64,000 nucleotides of DNA from Gemmatimonas sp. (GTDB lineage: Bacteria > Gemmatimonadota > Gemmatimonadetes > Gemmatimonadales > Gemmatimonadaceae): the NCBI RefSeq assembly GCF_036405635.1, contig NZ_DASWXE010000076.1, positions 2,357 through 66,356 on the forward strand. Reading direction: 5' to 3'. Positions 35,948 to 44,736 of this stretch are shown here, in pieces. Positions within the stretch are counted from its first letter, which is position 1. The number at the start of each line of letters is the position of its first letter. Made by a program: the position numbers and the translations under genes. The notes beneath the pieces were generated by a model that saw only the letters and a program-made list of their open reading frames with translations, was not told the origin of the DNA and did not search any database.

Positions 35948-37437
35948 CAGCGGGACCCCAACGGACCGATGTTGAGACTGGCCCACTTCGCATCCACGGC
36001 GCGCTTCGTCGCCTCGTCCATCTCGATCACCTTCGGCCAGGCGCGCGTGAAGCCTTCTTCGGGCCATTTTCGTGTGGCGTCGATGCCCATCTTGCTGCCA
36101 TACGTGAACGCGCGACTGGCGTGATCGAGCACGTCCACCGGCCCCATGGTGAACCGCACGTCCCGCTGCGGGTCCATGTTGTTGAGCGCCACCCACCACG
36201 CTTCCACGGGATTGCGCACGTTCACTTCCTTGTCCACCACCACCAGCACCTTCGCGAGCGACATGAGCCCCTGCCCCCACAAGGCGTGCATCACCTTGTC
36301 GGCGTGCCCGGGATACTTCTTGTCGATGCTCACGAACACGAGGTTGTGAAACCCTCCCTCGGCCGGCATGTGGTAATCCACCACTTCAGGCGTCGTGAGC
36401 TTGAGCAGTGGCAGGAAGATGCGTTCGGTGGCGTGCCCCAGATAGAAGTCTTCCATCGGCGGACGGCCCACGATGGTCGTCGCGTACACGGCATTCTTGC
36501 GCATCGTCACCGCCGTGACATGCACGCGCGGATACAGATCCGCCTCGGAATAGAATCCCGTGTGATCGCCGAACGGCCCTTCCACGACCAGCTCCTCAGC
36601 CGGATCGATGTAGCCCTCGATCACGATCTCCGAATCGGCCGGCACTTCGAGATCACTCGTGACGGCCTTGGCGAGACGCACCGGATCACGGCGCAGAAAG
36701 CCGGCGAACAGGAACTCGTCGATATTGGGCGGCAGCGGCGCGCTGGCCGAATACATGCTGGCCGGGTCCGAGCCAATGATGATGCACACCGGCATCTTCT
36801 CGCCGCGCTCGGCCATCTGCCGCATGTGTTCGGCGCCAGTCTTGTGACGCTGCCAGTGCATGGCCACATGCCGCTTGCCCATCTGCTGCACGCGGTACAT
36901 GCCCACGTTGCGAATGCCGCGGGCCGGATCCTTGCTCACCACCGCCGTCATCGTGAGAAAGGGACCTCCATCCTCAGGCCAGCAGTGCAGCACGGGCAAC
37001 TTGTCGAGGTCGATATCGTCACCCTTCCAGACGATCTCCTGGCACGACGGAGTACCACCTTTCACACGCGGCGGAAACTTCGACACCTCGAGCAATCGCG
37101 GCAGCAGCGACAGCTTGCCAAGCAGGCCATCGGGTACCTTGAGGTCCATCAACTGCGTGATGCGCGCGCCGATCTCGTCGAGCGAATCCACACCCAGCGC
37201 GATGGCCATGCGGCGCATGGAGCCGAACAGATTGATGGCGACTGGATACGCCGACGGCGTGCCATCGCGCAGGATGGGCTTTTCGAACAGCAGGGCTTTG
37301 CCACCACCGGCCATCTTGGAAACGCGATCGGTGATCTCGGTGATCTCGAGATGCACATTGGTCGGCGCACTGACGCGATGGAGCTCGCCAGCACGATCGA
37401 TGGCGTCGAGAAAATCTGCGAGAGTATCGAGTGACAT
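35947..37437 (-). CDS. ubiD: UbiD-family decarboxylase
   Basis: 496 aa with a UbiD-like pattern throughout (GGPFLTMTAVVSKDP..., GMYRVQ...). The opposite-strand 503-aa ORF is shadow. Confidence 0.93.
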   Translation of the reverse strand: MSLDTLADFLDAIDRAGELHRVSAPTNVHLEITEITDRVSKMAGGGKALLFEKPILRDGTPSAYPVAINLFGSMRRMAIALGVDSLDEIGARITQLMDLKVPDGLLGKLSLLPRLLEVSKFPPRVKGGTPSCQEIVWKGDDIDLDKLPVLHCWPEDGGPFLTMTAVVSKDPARGIRNVGMYRVQQMGKRHVAMHWQRHKTGAEHMRQMAERGEKMPVCIIIGSDPASMYSASAPLPPNIDEFLFAGFLRRDPVRLAKAVTSDLEVPADSEIVIEGYIDPAEELVVEGPFGDHTGFYSEADLYPRVHVTAVTMRKNAVYATTIVGRPPMEDFYLGHATERIFLPLLKLTTPEVVDYHMPAEGGFHNLVFVSIDKKYPGHADKVMHALWGQGLMSLAKVLVVVDKEVNVRNPVEAWWVALNNMDPQRDVRFTMGPVDVLDHASRAFTYGSKMGIDATRKWPEEGFTRAWPKVIEMDEATKRAVDAKWASLNIGPLGSR

Positions 37438-37452
37438 GTCGCGGGGGGCGGG

Positions 37453-38181
37453 TCAGACGGTGCCGGTGTGAATCGCGGCAATGCCGAGACTGAGGCGTTC
37501 CCACTGCACGGCGTGATAGCCAGCCGCACGCATGCGATCGGCGAGCGCGGTTTCGGTGGGGAACTGCGCGACGGACAGCGGTAGGTAGGTATACGCCGAT
37601 CCATGCCCACTCACCAAACGACCAATGAGTGGAAGGATACGGTGGAAATAGAACTGGTACGCCACGCGCACGAGGGCAATGCGTGGCGTGGAGAATTCGA
37701 GGATCACAAAACGGGCACCGGGGGTGAGCACCCGGCGCACTTCCCGCAGGCACGCATCGAGATCGGCCACATTGCGGATGCCGAAGGCGACCACGGCACC
37801 GTCAAACGAGCCGTCGGCAAAGGGCAACTGCAGTGCATCGGCACCAACTGGCGCGAGACGATCAGCCGGCGCCTTGCCGATGCCATGGCGCAGCATGGGC
37901 ACCGCGAAATCCGCGCCGACCACCCGACCACCGAAGCCCTTCTGGCGGGTGAGCATGGCGCCGACATCGAGCGTCCCTGCGCAGAGATCGAGATAGCGGC
38001 CACGGGGCCGCTCAGTCCACCCCAGCAGGGAGAGCGCACGACGGCGCCACCGCCGGTCGATGTTCAGCGAGAGGACGTGATTGAGCAGGTCGTAGCGCGG
38101 CGCGATGTCCGAGAACATCTGCTGCACGTAGTCACGCTTCCCCTCGCCCTGAGCGGCGGAGGCAGCGGCGGATTGTGGCAT
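37453..38181 (-). CDS. ubiE: Demethylmenaquinone/ubiquinone C-methyltransferase (UbiE/MenG)
   Basis: FSDIAPRYDLLNHVLSLNIDRRWRR and SAM motif YLDLCAGT. The start is ambiguous (38181, 38190 or 38208). Confidence 0.88.
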   Translation of the reverse strand: MPQSAAASAAQGEGKRDYVQQMFSDIAPRYDLLNHVLSLNIDRRWRRRALSLLGWTERPRGRYLDLCAGTLDVGAMLTRQKGFGGRVVGADFAVPMLRHGIGKAPADRLAPVGADALQLPFADGSFDGAVVAFGIRNVADLDACLREVRRVLTPGARFVILEFSTPRIALVRVAYQFYFHRILPLIGRLVSGHGSAYTYLPLSVAQFPTETALADRMRAAGYHAVQWERLSLGIAAIHTGTV

Positions 38182-38305
38182 GCCGGGCATCCCGAAACAT
38201 CGAATCATGGCGAAGGGCGAGCAAGGCATCGAGGCCCTTTGCTGCAATGGATGATGCCGCACCGCTGGTCGCGCTGGCCGTGTCGGACTAGCTTTGCCCC
38301 AGCGC

Positions 38306-38908
38306 ATGCCGATCCTTGACGAGCTGGGGACACTTCCTGATGCCGACGTGGTCCGACTCGCCCAGCAGGGGCGTGAGCTCGCTTTTCGCGAGCTCGTGCG
38401 CCGCTACGAGCGGCCCGTATTCTCGCTTGTCTATCGAATGGTCCGCGATCGTGAGACGGCGGAAGACCTGGCGCAGGACGCTTTCATCAAGGTCCTGAAC
38501 CACATCGACCGGTACAGCCCCGAATTCAAGTTTTCGAGCTGGCTGTTCAAGATCGCGAACAACGTGGCCATCGATCACCTGCGCCGTCGGCGGATCGAGA
38601 CCATCAGCATGGATGGCAGTCCCCATGCTTCGTCGGCCGCCGAGGTCGAAGCGACCACGCTGGATCTGCAGTCGGAGCAGGAGAGCGCGCTGGACGAGAT
38701 CGAGGCCAAGGAGCTTGGCTCGGCCATCGAGCGGGCCATTGCCAGCCTCCGGCCCGAATACCGGGCCTGCATCATGCTGCGGCACGTGGAGGGGCGCTCC
38801 TACGAGGAGATTGCGACCACCCTCGACCTGCCGCTGGGCACCGTGAAGACCTACATCCACCGCGCCCGGCACGAGTTACGCCGGGCGCTCGAGCCCACCC
38901 GGGAGTGA
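38306..38908 (+). CDS. ECF-type RNA polymerase sigma factor
   Basis: Region 2 (FRELVRRYERPVFSLVYRMV...AEDLAQDAFIKV) and region 4 (SYEEIATTLDLPLGTVKTYIHRAR). Start at ATG 38306 or TTG 38294. Confidence 0.9.
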   Translation: MPILDELGTLPDADVVRLAQQGRELAFRELVRRYERPVFSLVYRMVRDRETAEDLAQDAFIKVLNHIDRYSPEFKFSSWLFKIANNVAIDHLRRRRIETISMDGSPHASSAAEVEATTLDLQSEQESALDEIEAKELGSAIERAIASLRPEYRACIMLRHVEGRSYEEIATTLDLPLGTVKTYIHRARHELRRALEPTRE

Positions 38909-38990
38909 CGGCCAGCACCCATGTCAACTTCCGCGTACCTCGTTGAAACCTGCCACATGCCGCGCGCGTATTCCGGTCATGGAGGCCAAG

Positions 38991-39578
38991 ATGCCCAATA
39001 GACACCTCAGACCTGACGAAATAGAGCTCCTCCTCGATGGTGAGGAAGGATTTGGCGTGGCGCCTCTGCGGGCTCACGTCCGTTTGTGTTTGGAGTGCCA
39101 ATCCGAGCTCGAACAGGCTCGTGAGCTCATGGTGGCACTCGACGCCCTCCCCGACTTTGCTCCCTCGATCGGCTTCTCCGACCGGGTGATGAGCCATGTG
39201 CAGGTCTTCGAGCCGTGGCACGCTGCGGCCACCCGCACTGTGGAACAGCTCGTACCGGCCACACGACCGGCTCGCATCGCCGCCGGTTTCGGCGCCGCCA
39301 TCACGGCGGGGCTGGCCACGGCGGGTGCCACCTGGGCCGTCGCCCGGGCGGACATCGCCGTGGTACTCACCCAGCTGGGCCTCGAACGATTCCGTGAGCA
39401 GGTGGTCGCGGCCGGCTCCGATGTCATCACCACAGTGCTGGGCCAGCCCGGCCTCGATGCGATGCGATCCAGCTCCCCCGAAGTCATGGCGCTTGCCGTG
39501 GGCGGCTTCGTGGCAACGGCGGGCATGGGCGTGGTGGGGCTGCGGGCTCTGGCCTCCACGGCGCGCAGCGCCCGTTAG
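38991..39578 (+). CDS. Putative zinc-binding anti-sigma factor (ZAS-like)
   Basis: HVRLCLEC (H-x3-C-x2-C) near the N-terminus, with a hydrophobic segment later. GGAGG lies 5 nt upstream of ATG 38991. Confidence 0.65.
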   Translation: MPNRHLRPDEIELLLDGEEGFGVAPLRAHVRLCLECQSELEQARELMVALDALPDFAPSIGFSDRVMSHVQVFEPWHAAATRTVEQLVPATRPARIAAGFGAAITAGLATAGATWAVARADIAVVLTQLGLERFREQVVAAGSDVITTVLGQPGLDAMRSSSPEVMALAVGGFVATAGMGVVGLRALASTARSAR

Positions 39579-39590
39579 GCAGACGTCTCC

Positions 39591-40328
39591 ATGACCGCGA
39601 TTACCGCCAGCCTGATGGCCGTTGCCGGGGTGTTCGGCATCGGCATGATCATCGGCGTGGTCGTGCTCATGACGGCCGAAGAAGCGCTTACGGCGGTGGC
39701 CAAGACGGCCGCCCGAGATGTTTCTGGCAGCTTCTGGGCGGGCCTGCTCACTCAGCTGCTGGCGGTGCCTGCCCTACTCGTCATGGTGATCGCCTGCGCC
39801 ATCACCATCATTGGCATTCTGGCCATTCCGCTCGCTGCGCTGGCGTGGGCACTGGCCCTGGCCGGCGCGGTCACCTTGGGGCTGCTGGGCGTGGCCATCG
39901 TCATCGGACGGGCGTTTGCCGGCAGCGGGCGCGGTTCCGAGCGCAGCGCCGCCGTTCGTGGCCTGACGGTGGGTTTGCTGGCGCTCAGCCTGATCTGGTT
40001 TGGCGCCGCGCTGGCCTCCAGCGTCCCCGTAGTGGGCGCACTGGCCCGTCTGGTCGCGGTGGCCTTTACATGGGCCGTGGCCACGGTGGGCATGGGTGCC
40101 GTGGTCAAGTCGCGGGTGGGCGTGTCGCGGCTCAGCGTGCAGTTCGGCCGCTTTGGTGGCAGCTCACGCTGGAATGCCAAGTGGGCGCCGGCCAGCACCA
40201 CGAGCACCAACGAAGTGCAGGTGCCAGTCAGCTGGCAAACGCCGACCCCCGTTCAAGGGGTTGTGGCGGCCCGCCGTCCGGTGGAACCCACGACCAACAG
40301 CAGTTCAGGAAGCGGCGCCGAGCTCTAA
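39591..40328 (+). CDS. Polytopic membrane protein, function unknown
   Basis: Five to six hydrophobic Ala/Leu/Val/Gly-rich segments and a polar C-terminal tail. It starts 12 bp after the anti-sigma gene. Confidence 0.6.
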   Translation: MTAITASLMAVAGVFGIGMIIGVVVLMTAEEALTAVAKTAARDVSGSFWAGLLTQLLAVPALLVMVIACAITIIGILAIPLAALAWALALAGAVTLGLLGVAIVIGRAFAGSGRGSERSAAVRGLTVGLLALSLIWFGAALASSVPVVGALARLVAVAFTWAVATVGMGAVVKSRVGVSRLSVQFGRFGGSSRWNAKWAPASTTSTNEVQVPVSWQTPTPVQGVVAARRPVEPTTNSSSGSGAEL

Positions 40329-40348
40329 CTCGGATCGTCGGCTGCCTG

Positions 40349-41098
40349 TCAGCCAGCAGGGCGTGAGACCGCGTGTCCCCGCGAGAGCCCGAAGGTGAGC
40401 GCGGCATTTCCATCGCGCACAGCGAGCTCCACGAACCCGCTGGAACCCACCAGAGCCACCAGCTCGCCCGACGCGGCCTCACCATAGGTGCGCACCAGTC
40501 GCGCTGTGCGCGCTCCGGCCACCACCACGCCACCGGCGTCCCTGACCACCAGGTTGGTCATGACATTGCCGAAGCGATCGATGGTCAGCACCTCGCCGTG
40601 CAACGAACCATCGCCATCACGCCGCGGTTGCGGTGTGCGCAGCCGAACAGGCGAATGAAACACGTCGCCCAACTCGTCCAGTGACGTTCCCTGCGCGAGA
40701 GCCGCAGCGGCCGGCGCGAAGACATCGCGCCCATGAAACGTGGGTGACGCCGTGATCGGCACCGGGACACTCACCACGCGTGCAGAGAGTGAAAACAACG
40801 CCGGCGACAGCACACCATTGTCTGGGCCCACGAGAAAGCGCCCTTCGCTCTCCACCGCAATGGCTTCGCGTGCCGTGCCGACACCCGGATCGACCACCAC
40901 CAGGTGCACGGTTCCAACAGGAAACCGCCGCCAGTATCGCGCGACAGTGAGGCGAGCGAACGCCACATCCTGCGCAGGTACTTCATGCGAGAGATCGATC
41001 AGTGTCGCCGACGGCGCGTTCGACACCAGCACGCCTTTCATCTCGGCCACGTACCCATCGGCCGTGCCAAAATCGGTGAGCAGCGTGATGACGTTCAT
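40349..41098 (-). CDS. SAM hydroxide adenosyltransferase / SAM-dependent chlorinase-fluorinase family (DUF62)
   Basis: MNVITLLTDFGTADGYVAEMKGV N-terminus is the family hallmark. Start trimmed to ATG 41098. Confidence 0.85.
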   Translation of the reverse strand: MNVITLLTDFGTADGYVAEMKGVLVSNAPSATLIDLSHEVPAQDVAFARLTVARYWRRFPVGTVHLVVVDPGVGTAREAIAVESEGRFLVGPDNGVLSPALFSLSARVVSVPVPITASPTFHGRDVFAPAAAALAQGTSLDELGDVFHSPVRLRTPQPRRDGDGSLHGEVLTIDRFGNVMTNLVVRDAGGVVVAGARTARLVRTYGEAASGELVALVGSSGFVELAVRDGNAALTFGLSRGHAVSRPAG

Positions 41099-41105
41099 CG
41101 GCACC

Positions 41106-42467
41106 TCATACGCGTTGCAGTTTCCATCGCCCCCACGCCCACAGTAACGCCATGACCGCGCCGCGCGCCGCCGCGGTGAGGGCAAGGGTCCACCAGAGCC
41201 CCGTGGTGCCCCACTGCTGGGCTGCCCACGCACCAACCGGCAGGCGCAACAGCGTGATGGCGGTGCTGAACAACATCGGGATGAAGGTCCACCCTGCACC
41301 GCCCATGGCGCTTTCCAGTACCACCTCGGCGCCGAGGAAACACTGGCTGAACGCTGCAATGCGCAAATACAAGGCAGCCTCGCGCACGACGTCGGGATCG
41401 GTCGAGAATATGGACACGAACTCTTCGGCGAAGAAGAAGCTCACCGTGGCCATGACAAAGCCGAACGCACTGACAATGCCGGTAGCATACCACCCGGCAC
41501 GTTTCGCACGCGCGATGTCGCCGGCCCCGATGCTCTGCCCCACGATGGCCGCCACAGCGGCGCCCATGCCCACACTCACCACGTACACCACGCTCTCGAG
41601 ACGAAAGCCCAGTCCGAGTGCCGCCAGTGCCGGAGTACCGAACTGCGTGGTGATGCGCGTGAGCGCCACATAGATCGCGCTGAACGCCACGCCGGTGGCT
41701 GCAGCGGGTGCGCCCACCTTCACAATGGCCCACAACACCATCCAGCGCGGACGGGCCCACTGCAACATCGCGCGCCGCTGCAGCAGCACCACGCCGATCA
41801 GACATCCGAGTCCGCGCGGCACAAGCGTGGCGAGCGCAGCACCACGCACACCAAATGCCGGCACGGGGCCAAGACCACGAATGAGAATGGGATCGAGGAT
41901 GAGCCCGAGCACGGTCGTGATCGCGAGAATCACGAGAGGAGTGCGTGTGTCGCCCTTTGCGCGAAACGCCGCGTCCACGGCAAAGAAGCCGAAGATCAGC
42001 GGCATGCCCAGCAGATACGTGCCGAGGTAGTGCCGGCCGATGTCGCTCACAGCGTCGCCAGTGTGCAGCGCAACGAACAGCCAGTCGAGCACAAACGGCG
42101 TGGCCAGTGCGATGGCACCGCCGAGCAGCGTGGCCAGCACCAACCCTTCGCTCACTGTGCGCGCAGCGTCAGCGGGGCGACGTTCGCCATGACGCCGGGC
42201 CGCGATCGCATCGAGACCAATGCTGACCATCTCACCCATCGAGATGACGAGCCAGATCCAGAAGATCGAGCCGGTAACGGCAGCAAGCGAATCGGCGCCA
42301 AGTGAGCGACCGATCCAGAAGGTGTCGACGTTGTGAAAGGCCGTCATCAGCAGGTTCGCGATGACGGCCGGAAGCGCCACGCGGCGAATGGTCAGTGAGA
42401 GTGGCTCACCAACCAGTTCGCCGCGTGGAGCATCATGCGGGGCGGAATCAGCGATAGCGTTCGTCAA
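41106..42467 (-). CDS. MATE family efflux transporter
   Basis: About 450 aa, 12-TM pattern, N-terminus LPAVIANLLMTAFHNVDTFWIG. TTG start. Confidence 0.9.
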   Translation of the reverse strand: MTNAIADSAPHDAPRGELVGEPLSLTIRRVALPAVIANLLMTAFHNVDTFWIGRSLGADSLAAVTGSIFWIWLVISMGEMVSIGLDAIAARRHGERRPADAARTVSEGLVLATLLGGAIALATPFVLDWLFVALHTGDAVSDIGRHYLGTYLLGMPLIFGFFAVDAAFRAKGDTRTPLVILAITTVLGLILDPILIRGLGPVPAFGVRGAALATLVPRGLGCLIGVVLLQRRAMLQWARPRWMVLWAIVKVGAPAAATGVAFSAIYVALTRITTQFGTPALAALGLGFRLESVVYVVSVGMGAAVAAIVGQSIGAGDIARAKRAGWYATGIVSAFGFVMATVSFFFAEEFVSIFSTDPDVVREAALYLRIAAFSQCFLGAEVVLESAMGGAGWTFIPMLFSTAITLLRLPVGAWAAQQWGTTGLWWTLALTAAARGAVMALLWAWGRWKLQRV

Positions 42468-43611
42468 GCCGCTGCATCACACGTTCGGCCAGCTGATGGA
42501 TGGCCTTCGACGCCTTGCTGTCCGGCTCCGCGTCGACAATCGGCCGTCCGGTGTCACCGCCTTCCTGAATGCGCGGATCGAGCGGGATCTGGCCAATGAG
42601 CGGCAGGCCGCACTCCTTCGCGAGACGCTCGCCGCCACCGCTGCCGAACATGGCGATCGGCTTGCCGGTCTCGGGATTCTCGAACCACGACATGTTTTCC
42701 ACCACACCCAACACGGGCACGGCGGTGCGCTCGAACATCTTCACGCCTCGCAGGGCATCACCCACCGACACCTGCTGCGGGGTGGTGACAATGACCGCAC
42801 CGTGCACCTGCGTGGCTTGCACCAGCGACAGCTGCGCGTCACCCGTACCCGGCGGCATGTCCACCAGGAAGTAGTCGAGCTGTCCCCAGTTCACATCGCG
42901 CAGAAACTGCGTGATGATCTTCATGACGATGGGGCCACGCCAGATGGCCGGCTGTTCCTTCTCGATCAGGAAGCCCAGCGAGATGACCTTGATCCCGAAG
43001 GCTTCGAGCGGAATGATCTTCTCGTCGCGCACCGCCGGCGCCGCGTCGACCCCGAGCATGAGCGGAAGATTCGGACCGTAGATGTCGGCGTCCATGATGC
43101 CGACACGCTTGCCCGCTTTGGCGAGTGCGATCGCGAGATTCACGGCCACGGTGCTCTTGCCCACACCGCCCTTACCGGACGACACGGCGATGATGCGCCC
43201 GAGGTTGGGGTACTGCACCGGATCTGGCACACGGGGGGGTGCCTTCGGGGCCGGGGCGGCTTCCATCACGGGGAGTGCGCGCTTGGCGGCAGTGGGCTGA
43301 TGCATGGGCTGCGATTCGGGAGCTGGTGCGGACGCAGGAGCGCGGCGCGCCGGGGTGGGTTCACTCTTCTGCGAAGGATCGCGCACATCGACACGCACGT
43401 CGCGCACCCCGTCGATCTGTTCCACCGCCTGACGCACATCACGCACCAGCGTGGCGTCGTCCTCGGGGGCCAGCAACAGGGTGAACCGGACTTTGCCGTC
43501 GACGGTGGTAGCGATATCACGCACCTGTTCGGCAGCCATGACATCGGCGCCGGTGCGCGGGTTGCGGATCGCCGACAGTGCGTCGGTGATCCGTTCCATG
43601 AGAGACGACAT
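42448..43611 (-). CDS. Fe-S cluster carrier ATPase Mrp/ApbC with an N-terminal DUF59-like domain
   Basis: Deviant Walker A SGKGGVGKST and a CPxC-less Mrp/NBP35 pattern. Start trimmed to ATG 43611. Confidence 0.92.
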   Translation of the reverse strand: MSSLMERITDALSAIRNPRTGADVMAAEQVRDIATTVDGKVRFTLLLAPEDDATLVRDVRQAVEQIDGVRDVRVDVRDPSQKSEPTPARRAPASAPAPESQPMHQPTAAKRALPVMEAAPAPKAPPRVPDPVQYPNLGRIIAVSSGKGGVGKSTVAVNLAIALAKAGKRVGIMDADIYGPNLPLMLGVDAAPAVRDEKIIPLEAFGIKVISLGFLIEKEQPAIWRGPIVMKIITQFLRDVNWGQLDYFLVDMPPGTGDAQLSLVQATQVHGAVIVTTPQQVSVGDALRGVKMFERTAVPVLGVVENMSWFENPETGKPIAMFGSGGGERLAKECGLPLIGQIPLDPRIQEGGDTGRPIVDAEPDSKASKAIHQLAERVMQRLDERYR

Positions 43612-43704
43612 TTCTGTGGGAGGCCTAGGGTACGCAGAGAAACCTAGAGACCTCACCGGGGCGCCGGAATGCCCTCGGCGGACCTGCCAAGCGGCAGGTC
43701 CGTG

Positions 43705-44736
43705 TTACTCGCCCCGCAAATACGCCCGGGCGTCGGCCACGATCCGCGTACGGACTTCTTCCAAAGATCCGCTGATCATGGCGCCAGAGGCCTTGGCGTG
43801 CCCGCCACCGCCATATCGCCGCGCCAACTGCTGCACATCGACATCGCCGGTGCTGCGGAAGCTCACCTTGACCTTGTCGTGGCCCAGATCGCGGAAGAAC
43901 AGCGCCAGTCGCGTGCCCGTGATGCTGCGCGGATGCTCCACGATGCCATCAAGCTCCTCGCTCGTGACATGGAAACGATCAGTCACGCCGGCATCCACCG
44001 AGATGTGCGAGAGTCCGATATCGGACTCCACCTGCAGGCTGCCCAGCGCTTCACGCAGCAGCTGCAAGCGTCCCACGCTCACCTGCGCGTAGATGCGCCG
44101 GTACATCTCCTCCGGGTTCACGCCGGCCACCAGCAACTGCGCGGCAATCGCGTGCGCCCGCGGCGACGTATTGCTGAAGCGGAAGCTGCCGGTATCGGTG
44201 AGAATGGCGGCGTAGAGGCTTTGCGCCACCGCCGGTGTCACCTCGAGGCCAAGTGTGACGGCGATATCGTACACCAGTTCGCCGGTCGCACAGGCCTTGG
44301 TATCGGCCACCGCGGTCGTGCCCACGGGCTCGTCACCAGCGATGTGGTGATCGATGACGAGCACCGGCACCGTCAACGAACGGACTTTGTCGGCGAGCTG
44401 ACCGAGGCGGCGCACGTCGTTGATATCCAGCACCACCAGCGCGTCGATGTCATCGAGACCGGCCGCGCCCATGGCGCTCATTTCCTGCACGTCGGGTCCG
44501 AGCAGAAACTCGAACATCGACGGCCATGGCGTGGGATTGACGATGCGACAGTCAATCCCCCGCTGGGCGAGCAGACGGGCGAGCGCCGTTTCGGAGCCAC
44601 ACCCGTCGCCGTCTGCATTGATATGCGTGGACAATGCCACCGTCATTCCCGGGCGGAAGGCAGCGAACCAGGTATGGATCGCCGCCTGCCGCACGTCCGA
44701 TGCGCTCAGGAGCCCATCGGCGGCAAGTGCGTTCAT
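43705..44736 (-). CDS. DHH/DHHA1 phosphoesterase (NrnA-like oligoribonuclease/pAp phosphatase)
   Basis: HINADGDGCGSE, LVIDHH and GGGGHAKASG motifs. Start ATG 44736 overlaps the permease stop. Confidence 0.85.
   Translation of the reverse strand: MNALAADGLLSASDVRQAAIHTWFAAFRPGMTVALSTHINADGDGCGSETALARLLAQRGIDCRIVNPTPWPSMFEFLLGPDVQEMSAMGAAGLDDIDALVVLDINDVRRLGQLADKVRSLTVPVLVIDHHIAGDEPVGTTAVADTKACATGELVYDIAVTLGLEVTPAVAQSLYAAILTDTGSFRFSNTSPRAHAIAAQLLVAGVNPEEMYRRIYAQVSVGRLQLLREALGSLQVESDIGLSHISVDAGVTDRFHVTSEELDGIVEHPRSITGTRLALFFRDLGHDKVKVSFRSTGDVDVQQLARRYGGGGHAKASGAMISGSLEEVRTRIVADARAYLRGE

Noticed and set aside
38182-38305. An ECF-type autoregulatory promoter (GGAAC-N16-17-CGTC-like) upstream of the sigma factor gene.
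   Set aside because: Only a weak GAAAC...CGAGC arrangement is present. Spacing and the -10 element do not match convincingly enough to report.
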